A DNA stretch of 60,124 nucleotides, counting the filler, from Hausera hauseri (taxonomy: Eukaryota): assembly GCA_046269625.1 (NCBI GenBank). It is 11 parts of 11 records of this genome, joined end to end, with 100 filler letters (N's around TTAATTAATTAA, not from the genome) between each part and the next. Parts side by side here need not be neighbours in the genome. Positions count along the whole stretch, not along the records: positions 1 to 4,499 come from JBJURY010552672.1; positions 4,600 to 14,016 come from JBJURY010383257.1; 9 more parts are not named here. One strand, written 5' to 3'. Under the pieces are notes generated by a model, which was given only the letters and a program-made list of their open reading frames with translations, ran no database searches and was not told where the DNA came from. This document shows positions 1 through 13,144 of this stretch, piece after piece (position 1 is the stretch's first letter; each line of letters begins with the position of its first letter). The translations under genes and the position numbers were made by a program.

Positions 1-2519
1 ATATTACGTCTTTAACAATCGCTATGGGGTATCTAAGACTTAATCTGCATCTTAAACCTGGAAACTGACAGAATTCTTAAACGAAACTGCCAGAATTGTT
101 TATGTTTACTGAGTGGAAAATCTAGAAAAAATGTCAATTAAAAATATAGAAAATGATCGTAAAAATCAACCACCTTAAGAGCCCCACTAGAAACTGGCAT
201 AATATTTACTTAAACTGCCATAATTATCTAAATGCCTCTGGCTCCATAAATCAAATTTCCCCACAGAAACCCGACCACGATGTTTACCTAAACTGACAAT
301 ATATCAAATCGGATTTTTAAAAATCAATTATCCGAAAAGATTTCCCTAAGAAAGACGCTTGTCAAAGATAATCAAATCGAATTTTATTAATAGAACCACA
401 ATGGAGAAACGCAAATTTCCCAATTATAAAAGTTAATATTAAAAATCCCAATGAAATAAACAAATGAAACAGGAATGGTATAAATACCAGCTAGCAAAAA
501 ACAAACAACAAAATTTTTATGGAAAGATTTTAGCAATTTATCTCGGAAAGTGGTACATCCTTTTATTTACCATTTTATTATTAATCAGAATCTTCGCCCA
601 AATATATTCCATTAAAAGTTTCTTAGAATTGTTGGAACCGTGACTCGAAGACTAAATTAATTAATTGAGATTATCCTTGCAACAACCTATCCTAATTCTT
701 TGCTTAGTATCATACGCTTTTACTTTAAAATGACTCAACGGAATGAAGACTACCAGGAATTACAGGAAACAATAGTTGTTGGTAAGCTATGTCCGATTGT
801 ATTAGTATAATAATAATGCGATGATAATTTATATGACTTATTTTCTAAATACATGTTAATATTATTAACACCGATGATTACGCTGTACATGATTTGTTGT
901 ATAAATAAATGTTATTAATGTATAAATTAATTAATCGAAACACAAATGTGTCATTCAAGAAGAAAACGAAAATATCCTGGGAATGGATCATCTCGTCAGG
1001 TGGTTACCGATGTGGTTCAGAGCAGAGAATTGCCATGCGAGATAACTGAGATATGTACTATGAACTGAGTCCGTTCGTAATATTGAAACAGTGATCAAAG
1101 TTGAGTGTTATAACGACACTGACTAGTATTGGATGAAAACGGATTTTGGTGCATACCTGCTTTAACTCAATTGGTGTTGATCGGAGATGCATTCGAAAAC
1201 GAATAATTATGAAGATGCAGCAATAAAACAGAAAATAATGTAAAGAAAGGGTTGATCCTTATGGTAAAATGATCAAAGATTAGTAGAGATGTTTTTAATG
1301 TATAACAACTGTGTTCACGAATGTAATGAAATGGTGAAATAGATATCTATTGTTTTTGGTTGTGACTTAATAGAATAGAGATAAAGCGCTCAACATGAAT
1401 TACAATAGCCAACGTCAAATACAAATATGAATGTCGTAAGATGGTTAACAATAAAAAATATGCCCCTCTCGATCTCTGCTGATACGAATACAATTTTAAA
1501 GATATAACAACAATTGTATTATTTAATACTAAATTCTCAACTATAATTATGAAATTAAGAATGATATATTGATTATAACCCTTCACATTAAATAAATGCG
1601 CAAAGCAGGTTGACATCAAATAGATGGATTATGGAAAACTGAATCTTGCGAATATTCTGGAGTCCGCTGACCTCATTATCGAAACAGTACCTTATAAATA
1701 CCTTGACAGCCAAGCGATATATAACATCATCACTATCTACTAATATTTAGGAACAAATTTTGAAACGGTTGTCCAACGGAATTTTCCTTTCTACATTTAT
1801 CATACAGAACCGGCGCAGGCTAACTTCGGTTACCGGACCACCACTCAAACTCACCATTCTTAGCCATTTTCTAATTGTCATCTTCATATTGGCCTTGACA
1901 TTTTTATATGAATACAACAACATTGAGAGCCAATTTAGCTACTGCCTATATGGTTAGACACCATTCTGTTTCCGTTTCCGTAAGTAAACTATATACTGTT
2001 GTATATTGTAGTAAAGGATTGATTCAGTGTTTTGCCAGTTCACTGTAATATCAATGGTTTTCATGGTGTTTTTGTAAAAGTTCGATTTTTCACCAATTAT
2101 ACTATGTCCATCGAGCTCTAGACCCTTCGAGGGCACACTGACAAATTGAAAACCCCATGCCTGAGCGTCGGTTAGTGATTTAAATTCCAATTCAATTGGA
2201 TCCTTGTGTTTTAGTACCAATCGATTGTTTAAACGAAAAATATAAACCGGGAAATATTGCCGCTTGTAATTGCAAACGTGAAATCCCTTAGAGTTTAGGA
2301 CTAACTGCAAACGACTAGATGCAGGAAATTGTCTTAATAGAGTATAGTATATTCCACTGTTCTCACGTATTGCTATTGGTGAAAATGTAGATCTGAATTC
2401 CTAGTCTCTCTGGCGTAAATAAATCGGCTGGTCCAACGCCATTGTAAACCATTCAGTGGTATTATTATTGTTGTTGTTGTCATGTTGTAATAATCTGTTA
2501 CTATCAAGTACCAAATAAA

Positions 2520-3560
2520 TGCTCATAATTCAGTCTGCAAAGCAAATATTTAACTCGGAGTAGTGTATCCATGCCATTTAATGAGATATTGTTTATTCGA
2601 ACCTTTGTCGCGTGAAAGTAGAATTTCCTGAATGGGATACACATCAAGTTTCTTAGGCAGCACCTGTAGTTAGTATAATTTTTTATGTACATAACAGGTG
2701 TTTGTTTTGTGTTGATTGCAGAAATCTGAAAAACCTCATCACTTCAGTTCTAATTGAAATTCTTAAAGAATGGTGTAGTACTCAGCTTCGAAATACGTAC
2801 ATAATTACCGATTTTGTACTTAAGACGTTTGATTGGTCGTCGTCCTTATGTTCAGTTTTGATAAAACCACATGTCCAAATCATTGGTTACATCAACCGGA
2901 CGCTGTCCGTTGATTTCTCGATGTGTCGAATGGTTGTATGCATGGATAATATCCGGTAGTACATCTATCCAGCGTTTACTACCCTGCTTGATAAAGAATT
3001 TGTTCAGTAATTTATTCGCCTAAGGTTCGATGAAATCATTCAACGAGTGCAGCCTTGCATTGCGAAAACACAGTAGTGCTTTATACCGAAGCAGTTCAAG
3101 ACCGATTTGACATGCGAGTTGTAGAATTCTTTACCCAAATACGTTTGTAAATGCTTCGGTGGGGTTGTTGTTGTTGTTGTTGCTGTTGTATTAATGTGTG
3201 AATAGCTTCAGAAATTTCTTTACTGTATTTAGATTTGACGATAATACACGTGTAAGAAGAATAAACGCATCAATACACATCAGCACGTACCGATACCCAT
3301 CATTAATGCTGGCATACGGAATCATTTCCATCAGATCCATTTGCCTTTCATTATTTACACCGGCAGCACGGTATGAACGAGTTGGAAACCGCTTTCTTAT
3401 CGGTTTATTTAGGCTGTATACTAACTGTTTCCCGAGTCTATGTTGGGTTCGCTATCTACTCTGTTTGACAGTTTTTTGTCCCTTTGTCGCCTGCAGTATA
3501 CCCGACGGGATGACGTGGATAGAACCATATGTCCGTCATTGTCATCGGTGTTGTCTATGT
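2520..3560 (-). pseudogene. Polinton/Maverick retroviral-like (c-)integrase, disrupted by stops and frameshifts
   Basis: Manual minus-strand translation gives YSLNKPIRKRFPTRSYRAAGVNNERQMDLMEM..GYRYVLMCIDAF, LQTYLGKEFYN, KRWIDVLPDIIHAYNHSTHREINGQRPVDV and KYKIGNYVRISK..N*SDEVF. These match Polinton integrase blocks in the expected order. Confidence 0.88.
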
Positions 3561-3681
3561 CGTTTTTATTTGCATTGCATCAATTAGAACGAAACGTTAA
3601 TGAAAGATTCGGTAAAGTGGGACAAAATGATGAAAATCATGCATCCATATCGCTAAGGCAACATACACTTACCGTCATTGT

Positions 3682-4017
3682 TTATTCTAAATTGTGGCCA
3701 CCAATGAGACCACCCAGTAATGACATGACAACCGGTATAATTGCACTAAAGAATCCTCAGTACAGCTGATGCGTGACCTCTCGTTTTAATAGTTTACTGC
3801 GAGTTTAATTACGGAAACTGCAATGTGTTTTTTTTCGATATTTCAGCAAATTCAGCTTTTCACTACCAATGTCAACGTGACGCAAAACAATATTGTACAA
3901 AATCTTCATAAAGTTGTCTACTACAAATTGCGGGAATGATCGTAGCATGTTTCGCTTATGCCTCGATCGTGCTTTAAGCAAAGCAATAAAGTACGGTTGA
4001 CTACATTTGAAACGCAT
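3682..4017 (-). pseudogene. Polinton PW-like small basic protein (frameshifted)
   Basis: ALLKARSRHKRNMLR..KILYNIVLRHVDI, then in another frame a hydrophobic tail GFFSAIIPVVMSLLGGLIG. It lies between the ATPase and the integrase. Confidence 0.65.
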
Positions 4018-4289
4018 TATTATCAGTGAATATTGATCTGTCGTCGTACTTGTTTATAATCGTTGCCACTTTGACGGAAATTTGTGTCTCGCTGTTGTTT
4101 CTGTTGTTGTTTTATGCACTGAGTCGATTAGTCGCTTAACTGTAGCTTTACGTTTTGCTGCTGTTGATAATGCACGTTTCTTTTTGCACACCTGTTTGTT
4201 AGGTTTATCTTTAACAAATGTTTTTTAAAATTCTTCATTTTATCAAAAATATTTCGTCGATTTTCGAAGTTGTTTATGGACATGTACAC

Positions 4290-4499
4290 CTTTCTGATTA
4301 AAATATCTGTTTGTACACGCATGTCATTGGGACACTGTTGTGTAAAGTCAATAAACAGATATTCATGCGGTTTGTTCGCATCATCATAATATGCATCTAT
4401 CAAGTAGGCTCGGTTGTGAGTACATGCTTGTCGTGTAACATAATTAATGATAGTCTGATCACGGGGATTTTGGAACAACACCAAATGGTGCACGTTTGG
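4290..4499 (-). pseudogene. Polinton FtsK/A32-like packaging ATPase, C-terminal part (cut by contig end)
   Basis: HLVLFQNPRDQTIINYVTRQ..YLIDAYYDDANKPHEYLFIDFTQQCPNDMRVQTDI matches the conserved LFKNPRD..AY.DAT.KPYGYL.ID..LRTNI C-terminus. Confidence 0.88.
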
Positions 4500-4599
4500 N
4501 NNNNNNNNNNNNNNNNNNNNNNNNNNNNNNNNNNNNNNNNNNNTTAATTAATTAANNNNNNNNNNNNNNNNNNNNNNNNNNNNNNNNNNNNNNNNNNNN
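4500..4599. other. Artificial contig spacer N44-TTAATTAATTAA-N44 (stops in all 6 frames). Identical spacers at 14017-14116, 18894-18993, 23105-23204, 27994-28093, 33579-33678, 38554-38653, 44295-44394, 49278-49377 and 54328-54427.
   Basis: The same 100-bp N/TTAATTAATTAA/N block occurs ten times, and sequence character changes abruptly across each one. Confidence 0.99.
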
Positions 4600-4761
4600 G
4601 ACAGACAAAGATTTTATCAAACATTCTAACGTCAACTGTCAAAATAATGACAAAGCAAAATTTATAAATGAATGTACCTTTAACATAACTTTCAACATCA
4701 AGAATGCGATAGAACTGTTCATCACTATTGCTCTACTCTCTAGTCCGAAATGTGTGCATCA

Positions 4762-5440
4762 CATCTTCATCGGCGTACTTTTTCATCAGTTCAATTCAGT
4801 TATCCAATATGGCCATTGCCGATCGATAATTAAACCGGGATACTTCTACACAAATAGTGATAACGAATAGATATTTTGTTTTCAGAAAGTAATGAGCCGA
4901 CATCAAATATATCAACACCAGAACCGAAATATTCATCGTGCGTGCCAAGTAAATTATAATTTAACGCATAATTATGATATACCATTGACGTTATCCCGTC
5001 GAATCTAAAAACATCAAATCGATATTCTCCAATCCACCAACATAAATTGCTCAAAGGAAACCGTAGAATTTCGAATTCGGTGTAATTTAACAAACGAGAA
5101 TCCCATAATTTATACCCACCGCGTTCATTATCATTGAAAAAACAACCATTAGTACCGTCGAACTGATTCAAACCATCCAATACATTTTTACACACATGGG
5201 AATGAACAATATCCAATAAAACAGACACCAATTCGATAAGTTTCATCAATTAACTCTTAATTCGTCATGCATTCTGATTTGACTTGATAACCAAAACAAG
5301 CATAATACGCATGTTCCATTATAGCCATAATTTGTGTACAATTATAACCGAGATCTTTAATTCTCAGAAGAACATTATGGCTAAAATAATAGCAAGTCGC
5401 CACTTTGCCTTTGAAAACTGAATTTTCTTAGGTGTATCTA
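4762..5440 (-). pseudogene. GBE1: 1,4-alpha-glucan branching enzyme fragment, copy A
   Basis: [73 protein letters not shown] and YRSAMAILDN*IELMKKYADED. Contains internal deletions, stops and frameshifts. Confidence 0.93.
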
Positions 5441-5489
5441 ATTTTTGGCGATTATTATGACCGAGCTTTTCATCTTCATTTAATTTGCC

Positions 5490-5850
5490 AATGGCAAAAA
5501 GAATCATTTTCGTGATAAAATAACATCGTCGCTATGAATTAGTTTTGAAACGTACAGCAAATTCCAACTGCTGAAACCATTACTACCCATCTCTAAATTT
5601 CCAAATTATCATCATCTAAAGCGTTTCTGAATAATTCCAAAAACAATTTGGCGCTTCTGATAAATAAATGTACAAGTTCGTTGGAAAAAGTTTCGACGAT
5701 TGTCTGAGAGCAATGAATATTATTGAAACAAAAATATTTGAGAAATTTTCTAAATTCGTCTTTTATGTTGTTTGTCTAAAAATCCTCTATAACATGTTGG
5801 ATAAACTTGCTTTTTTATGTAAAAAATATCGGTGTAAATAATTTGGAATA
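5490..5850 (-). pseudogene. Possible USP9X/USP24 (FAF-type deubiquitinase) C-terminal region fragment
   Basis: KFIQHVIEDF*TNNIKDEFRKFLKYFCFNNIHCSQTIVE..KLFLELF and RFKTNS*RRCYFITKMIL resemble YVKKIIED..VKLLRFCCWENPQFSSTVL and RSKNHYQKRAYQCIKCM. Divergent and recognised by eye. Confidence 0.45.
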
Positions 5851-6654
5851 TTTCTCACTTTCCAAATAGGATTTGAATTAATGTATAAACAGTTTGCGTT
5901 GGTAATTTCATTTTCTGGAATGATTAAATCCAAGAGTCTCTAACACTAATTGTTTCTTTCTGAACATTGGGAGGCAATTCACATATAATAAATTCATCAA
6001 AGAAACAAGTCAATTAAAAAATGTAAACTTTATTCAAATTTAAAAAAACTACTTAATTAACTTGCTTGTCATATTTGCAATCAATACTCATTACATGCAA
6101 AATTCAAAATTCATTTTCAATTTGAGTAGAGGGCTAATAAAAGAGAATTGCTCTTGGAGAAGTTAGCATAATTTCCTGCGAAGATATTTGACAGTTATTT
6201 GAAGAATTATTCAAGTCGATTGAGACTAATATTCTATTGCATTAACTTTTTGTCAGTACTGCAATCGAACTACGAAAATAATATGTTCAATCCTTAATTT
6301 ATTTTGTGGGCTCTTCTCCGTTTGACTGACTACCATAAAAATTCGGTAAATATTACCAAATAGTGACTGACATTTTCGGTTAAGTCACAAATTTTTTAAC
6401 AAACTGAATTCTGCAGTGTATTATTTCCTTCATTTTTTATATGTTGGGAGTGAATTGAGTATAGTTTATTATGCACCTCAGCATTCGGTACACTTTAGAA
6501 GGGTAAGGTAACGCTGAACTAATCGATATTAAACTGCAATGGTTAATTCTTCTGAAACAGACAAATTTTAAGTAATCCGAATTATTAATATCATTGTAAT
6601 TTATAAATTTCGCATTCCTATAACAACTCAGATTTTTCTATGTGGTAACAGCTG

Positions 6655-7490
6655 TCTAACTTTACAGTGTTTGGTATGGAATTTCCCGTTTGAGTTTTTC
6701 CTTTGTATGGATGCCTCCCTTCAATAATGATAAGGAATGACTAAATTTCGGGTGTGATTTTCAGAACCTCTGGAATTTATATCATTCCATCGTCAAAACC
6801 TTTGCTAAACGTAGCCAATGCAATCATAACATCCAGTTCAGAAAGTTTCACAACAGTCTGCTTGAAATTTATAAAATTGTTATAGAATTTCACAAATATT
6901 TGGCTCATAATACTCTTCAATACAGTACCTCGCCCTTCTTCTGCAGATATCATCTCTACAAGAAAGCGATTTGTTTCTGATGTTTGATAACGTTTGTAAC
7001 CTTTTTGATTTGAAACTACGTACGAATCAGATGCATCTTTGCTTTTACTTTCGGAAATTTCTAATTAGAATCGGTTTCTTGTAGTTCCGGAATATGTTGC
7101 CGGACATTGTAGTAGTAATTTATTATTTTTGCGTAAATCAGACAGCGTTTTTAAATCATCGCCTTGTTTACAAAGAACCAATCGTTTCAGAAGAGGAGAT
7201 GTAGGCTACCGTCATTATTTAGTTTTACATATTGAGATAGGATTTTCATAACTGCCTCACAACCAGATATGGTAGCAACAAAATCATGATTTTTTTTAAT
7301 ATAATGGATTTTTGTACAATACAGCACGGGAATCTGGATGATCAGCAACTGACTTGGTTACGATCGATGTGTGGATTTTTGCAATCGATCTTTCTAAGTC
7401 AGGAATTGTTTTAATTTTAGATATAATGGGTGCAAGTTTGGCTTTCAAATTAAGTATCTCTTGTACCACTTCTTGATTTTCTCAGATCTA
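6655..7490 (-). pseudogene. MSH6: MutS homolog 6 (mismatch repair) lever/clamp-region fragment
   Basis: IPDLERSIAKIH..DHPDSRAVLY, YSGTTRNRF*LEI..KGYKRYQT..ISAEEGR..LSELDVMIALATFS and EGRHP..IPN are collinear with MSH6 (LPDLERLLSKIH..HPDSRAIMY; RNRYQLEI..KGCKRYWT; GSRHP..FIPND). Contains stops and deletions. Confidence 0.9.
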
Positions 7491-10400
7491 CTTGGACCGT
7501 GGTGGCGCCGGAGTCCGCGGCACCACACTATCTTTCGTTATGAAATGACATTGTGTTATTGTAACGGAAATAAGAAGACAATGCAGAACGGTGTAAGTGA
7601 ACTATTTAGTCATTTTATGGACAAGATGTTGGATTTTGTCCATATTTTATTCTCCGCTGTATTTGCTGAAAGTGACTGTTTTTTGTTTTTTACTGTGTTG
7701 TTTGGTTGTTTTCTGATATGGTTGGTAGGAGGTTAAATTTTTATTTGACATGTCAGCAGCTTTAGAACTAGCCGGTATGTTGTTTAACGTAGTTTTTAGA
7801 CTTGATGCAGGTTTTGGAGTAGCGGGTTGTCGTGTATGTAGGCTGGAGGAAGGATTAAAGACGTCGAGAAAGTTTTGCGTAGGCTCAGCTGAGGATTCAG
7901 GCGTGTCGTTGACGAAAACTGCCGGTTTGACGTTGGTTATGTGCACATTTTGTTCTTTATTGTTTTTTAATATCGTAACTATGTGTGAGGTAACATTGAG
8001 GACTTTAAATGGTCCTCAATAATTTGGTTGGAAACCGGAAGGTGATGGGTTTTTTAACCACACTAGCTTTGAACTAAATAGTGAGTCACGTAAGTACGTT
8101 TACCCACCATGTACTATTTTGCAAAAAGAATCTTGGCTTAGCTGGACGTAGTGATCTTGTGCTTATCTAATTGTTTCGTTGGTTGATGTGTTGTCCAAGT
8201 CGGTGAGTTCAAAAAGTGCACGAATTGTGGTACCAAAAAGTGCTTCAGCAGGTGCGCAACCAGTGATAGTAGACGGCGTGTTGCGCCACCCGAGTAAAAC
8301 AAAAGATAGAATAGTTGTCCAATTCTTATGAGTTTCGGGCAGGATTTTTAACGAGATTTTGAGAGTGCAATGAAAGCGTTCCAATAAGCCGTTTGACTGG
8401 GGATGATATGGAGTTGTGTGTATATGATTTATGCCCAGTTAATTAACTAAAGACTTAAATAAGTTCTATTCAAATTGGGGACCTTGGTCCGTAATTATAT
8501 AGCGAGGTGAAACAAACTGGCTAATCCAAATAATTATAAATGCGTTGGCAATGGAGTCTATATTGATGGAGCGCAAAGAGACGGCTACCGGCCAACGAGA
8601 CGCGTGGTCCATCATTGTTAAGGTGAATTGGTGGCCGTTATCGGAAGTTAATGGGCCAACGATATCTGTGTGAACTGACTCAAAGCGGGATGTACATGGG
8701 AATTGGAATAATGATGGTTTAAGATATTTAGCTATTTTGAACTTTTAGCAAGCTACGCATTGCCTAACCCAGCTCTGTACATCAGACCTCATTGATGGCC
8801 ATGTTATGTGGCGTTTGAGAAGGCGGAATGTAGCTTTGCAACCTGGGTGATGCAAAAAATGAACATGTTGAAATGCAGTTTGTTGGAGAGGAAGTGCCAA
8901 AATTAGCAAATGTTGTCCAGGTGTCGAAGTATCCATGGCTATTCCATCGATGATTTTCACGGATATGTATTTTCTCAGAATTTCATTGGAAGGTGGATTT
9001 TAGATTAACTGGTCTTTTGAAAATATTGGTGTGACTTTAATTGCTCCAACTGACCGTGATAAGAAATCGGCTATTAAATTGTCTGTGCCAGAAATATGGC
9101 AAATTTTGATGTTAAATGTTGGCAGACATGAGATATGGCGTTCTTGTCGGAGTGATGGTTGTTTCATGTTCCCACGTAAACTAGAGGTTTTTGGTCAGTT
9201 TGAATGGTGAAGGAACGAGCGATAAGAAAGTGTGAAAAATGTTTCAGGGCTAAAACAATAGTCAGGAGTTCTATATCAAAGGTAGAATAGCGGCGTTCTT
9301 GTGGCTGTAGATTGCGTGAAAAGAATTCTAACGGTTCATTTTTACCTTGATATATTTTATGAAGAACCGCTCCTACTGCTCTAGTTGATGCGTCGGTTTT
9401 TAAAATGAGGTCAGCATCCGGTTTTGGGTAGGCTAAAATTTCGACTGCTTTGAGCTTGTCGCGAAGTTCATCGAACTGGTTTATAAGTTCTGGCATCCAA
9501 TATATAAGATTTTTGTTCGGCCCTGCTCCTAGTTGAGCGAAAGGAGCAGTTAACTGGCTACAGTGTGGGACGTATTTATGGACAAAATGTAAAATCCCAA
9601 GGAAACTACGCATATCAGTAGTGCTTTTTGGTAGCTCGATGTTTCGTAGCTGATGGATTCTATCAGGTTGTGGACTGTGACCATCAGGTGTGATGACGTG
9701 GCCAAGGAAATTTACCTTTTTTTGAAAGAAGGAACATTTAGAAAAGTTCACTTGGAAATTGTAGTTGTGCAAGCGTTGGAAAACTAGTCTCAGATGTTCT
9801 TCGTGTTGTTTTAGTAATGCCGATGCGACTAGTATGTCATTAATGTATGGATATGCAAATGGTAAGCCTGGAAGAACTAAATCATTGTGCCGTTGGAAAG
9901 TTTATGTTACGTTCTTTAAACCGAATGGCATGATTGCGCATTCGAAAAGACCAAAAGGTGTTATAATGGCCGTTTTTTGTATGTCTTCTGGTGCTACCGG
10001 TATTTGGTGGTAGGCTTTTTCGAGATCTATGGTTGAATAAATGGTAGTTTTGTGTAAAGAATGCAATATATCCTTAATCAACGGTAGAGGATAAGCATTA
10101 ATGGTTGTGATATTATTAAGTTATCGATAGTCACCGCATGGACGGAATGTGCCATCTTTATTTGGGACGACCAGGAGTGGTGATGCCCATGTTGATTTAG
10201 AGCGTTTTATGATGCCAGCTTGCTCGAGTGCAAAGAATTCCGCTTGTACTGCCTGTCGACGGCGTGGCGAAAGTGGACGGAGTTCCTGCCTAACGGGCCT
10301 AAGGTTTTCTGTGATGACATGATGAAACGTCGTGTCAGCCGGTCAAAACGCTGGGTCTTTTTTAATTGTGTGGAAAAAATACCTGACTAAATATTGTTGC

Positions 10401-12500
10401 ATTTCTTGGCTAAGCGTAGTAAAGGCTCAATTGAACTTAATGTGAGAAATGGTAGAAATCGGGACGCTTAAATCGGATTCAACAGAAACTTAGGACTATT
10501 TATATTTGTTTTAATAAGGCTTTTATTCACATCGGTTGATGGATTTTTCAATATTAATTTTATAGTCGATATAGGCCGCATTATTTGTTGGTTATCTGTA
10601 GAGGTAAGTTTTGTTGAACGGCTTTTGATGATCCGTCGTTGTCTACAATCTACAAGGAGGTTGTAGAAAGATAAGAAATCAGATCCAAGTATCGGAGATT
10701 GTGTGTCGGCAACGATGAAGGTCCAATTGAAAATGTCGGAGAATGGTTGTAAAGTGAATGAAACTTTGGACGTGCCGAAAATGCGTAAAGCTTGGCCGTT
10801 GGCTGTGTATAATTTTGTTTTAGATGGTGATATGAATGGTGTTTTGATAGATGGTGGTAGCAAAGAAACGGCAGCCCCAGAGTCGATTAGGAAGTTGATG
10901 GGTTGATTGTATTCGGAAGTTAAAGAAGCTTTTAGTGTAAAAACGGCATAAGTACGGCTATCATAATGAAAACGTTTGCCTGAGCCATCATGTGCCGAAA
11001 CATCTGGCGGCTTTATGAGTTTTTTGGAGGCACAGGATTTATGTCGTTAGAAAAGGTGGGTCGTGATGAATTAGATTGGTTAACGAAAGTGCAACCTGTA
11101 ACGCAGTTACGTGCTTTAGAATAGAATTTGTTATGGTAAATACAGATAATATCAGGTCGTTTGAAATGTGGAGCATAAAATCTGCAACCTAAGCAGCATT
11201 TAATGGAGTTGTCTTTAAATTTGGTGTAATAATAACACACCATTGACTGTGTAGGTGACCTCGCACGCCTTGAATTTTGAGATGACGTGCGGTTTTGGTT
11301 CGCATCGGGACGGTTTCGTTTAGGCATGATCAAAGCTTTGATTTTTGACGTGAGTGCAGAAATTGCCTTGTGAATTTTGGCGTTTTCGGCGAATAAAGAA
11401 TTTATCTGTGAGTTTAGATCAACTATGTCGCTAGCTTGTTGAGTTGTTGGTGCTTATAGCGTAGCGGCTACTAATGGCGCTGTATGTGCACGTAAATTCT
11501 TCTGGCTTTTGTCCACCAGTTGTGCTAGTTTTTATAGTGACGATGTGTCCTCTATTATTGTCAATAGTGCGCGTATGTCTCTTGGTAAAGACTGTAGAAA
11601 ATATCTGCCTAGTAAATCGGCGTTATTTGCTTGATTAACGCCAAGGGTACTTAATTGAGTTAGTGAGGTTTGTAGAAATTCTGAGGGGTTCAATGTTCCT
11701 ATGGAATTGTCGTTAAAATATTTATCGATGATGTTATATAGGGATGGTTCGGTGATTTTTAAAATAGTTAGTGTTTTATATGGGTCACTACTTTGGAAAA
11801 TTTCCGATAATTTGGGAAGCTGCGACTTAATGTTAGAAGGCAAGAGTATAAGCAAACTGTTTGCTTTAATAAACGAGTCGACAATATTATTTGATTTCAA
11901 CCAAGCCGCATGAAAATTTAACCACGTCCGGCTGAAGTGTTGCTTGTCGACGAAGCATTCTGCGCCAAGTAGATTTACAGTAGACGGCGGGGTTAGAGGT
12001 GAATTTAACGGTGCATTTATAGTGGGAATGTCGGCAAAATCTTGTTGGTCCTTAGATGTTTTTGGATCAGATCCACCTATCAGACGATAGTGTGCAGTAA
12101 CTATAGGTGTCGAAGAGCAGCGGATGTCATTAATGATAATGCCTGATTGCTGCAAAAAATCCGTTAAAACTAAAACGAAAATTAGTCCTAAATATTTCTC
12201 GTTGGAGCACGCCAGACAAACTTGCGATAGTTGCAATTTGATGTATGTAGTATGTGTGTGTGTCTGTTTTTAAGCAAGAGAGTAAGGGAGATAAAGTTTT
12301 CAGCTATATTGGGTGTATAATGTGGCGCACAGGACACGGGCGCACCCATTATCCCCGGGTTGTAATGGCTGGTCCGATCGTCCGGTGCTTCCTTGTTTAT
12401 GACAGAAGTATTAATAATAAGATAAGGCGACTCACTAGAGTAATCTGATTTTGAAAGATTGCTGTATTTCCTGTGCAGTAGACTACTGTACTCTGGTTCG
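7490..12500 (-). mobile_element. Ty3/gypsy LTR retrotransposon (CsRN1-like), decayed: gag ~11013-12040, protease ~10468-10960, RT ~9780-10260, RNase H ~9164-9420, integrase ~7900-8960; PPT and 3' LTR stub starting at 7527
   Basis: Motifs: CHCC gag knuckles, FLIDSGAAVS protease, PYINDIL (degenerate YIDD), TDAST..RYSTFDIELL..TDQKPL, H-H-C-C zinc site and integrase TTPYHPQSNGLLERFH. A purine tract precedes TGTGGTGCCG. The 5' boundary is approximate. Confidence 0.93.
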
Positions 12501-13144
12501 TGTGTTGTTGCAGTCGGCATTTGTGTTTTGTCGACAATTGTCGTACTAGACGATTCGGAACGATTTGACTCGGGGGATGGAAGCTTATCGGAAGAATCAA
12601 TCTAATACAATTTTTCCCTGATATTTTTTCCAAAAATAGTTTTGAAGCTGTAGATGTATCCAATGGAGCATGTACAGGAACGTGAACAGTTAAACCGATG
12701 ATTTGTGATGAAAACGAACCGGAGTCGTCTTGCAATTCGTAATCGATGAACGAAATTTGGATGCCAACATTACAGAATAGCGAAAGTTGCGCAATCCATC
12801 GGAATTGGCAGAGAAGTATTTATTAAAAGTCGATATTCCGATGACCCCGTTTTGTAATGAGTCAATAAACATTTTTGAGCTGTCGTCATTAGCGATATAA
12901 TGATAATGAATATTGACGAGATGAGATGACGAAATAGACAGCGCGAGTCCCGTTTGTTCAAATACAAGGTGAATTTCTGCATCAAAGCTTGCCATTGATT
13001 GAGAATCGCTTGGAACACTCTCTGTACTATTAGTATTGGGTCACTGCATACCAAAATTATGCTGTCGATGAGGTTGTTGAACTATACCCGCACATGATCT
13101 ATTTATTTGGATAACTTTTCGACAGTCAATAATTATATCGAATA

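Noticed and set aside
4500-4599. Recurrent TTAATTAATTAA palindrome as a biological repeat or CRISPR-like array
   Set aside because: It is always centred in 88 Ns, so it is an assembly concatenation linker.
5490-7490. Alternative genetic code (TAA/TAG = Gln), suggested by stops at Gln positions in MSH6 and the USP-like fragment
   Set aside because: The same regions also have frameshifts and deletions, and TGA occurs at Trp/Arg positions elsewhere. The 1269-aa and 1276-aa ORFs read in the standard code. C-to-T decay explains the pattern.
12560-13130. Cadherin-like fragment (HYIANDDSSKMFIDSLQNGVI)
   Set aside because: The resemblance is weak and no cadherin calcium-binding motifs are present. 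Left unassigned.
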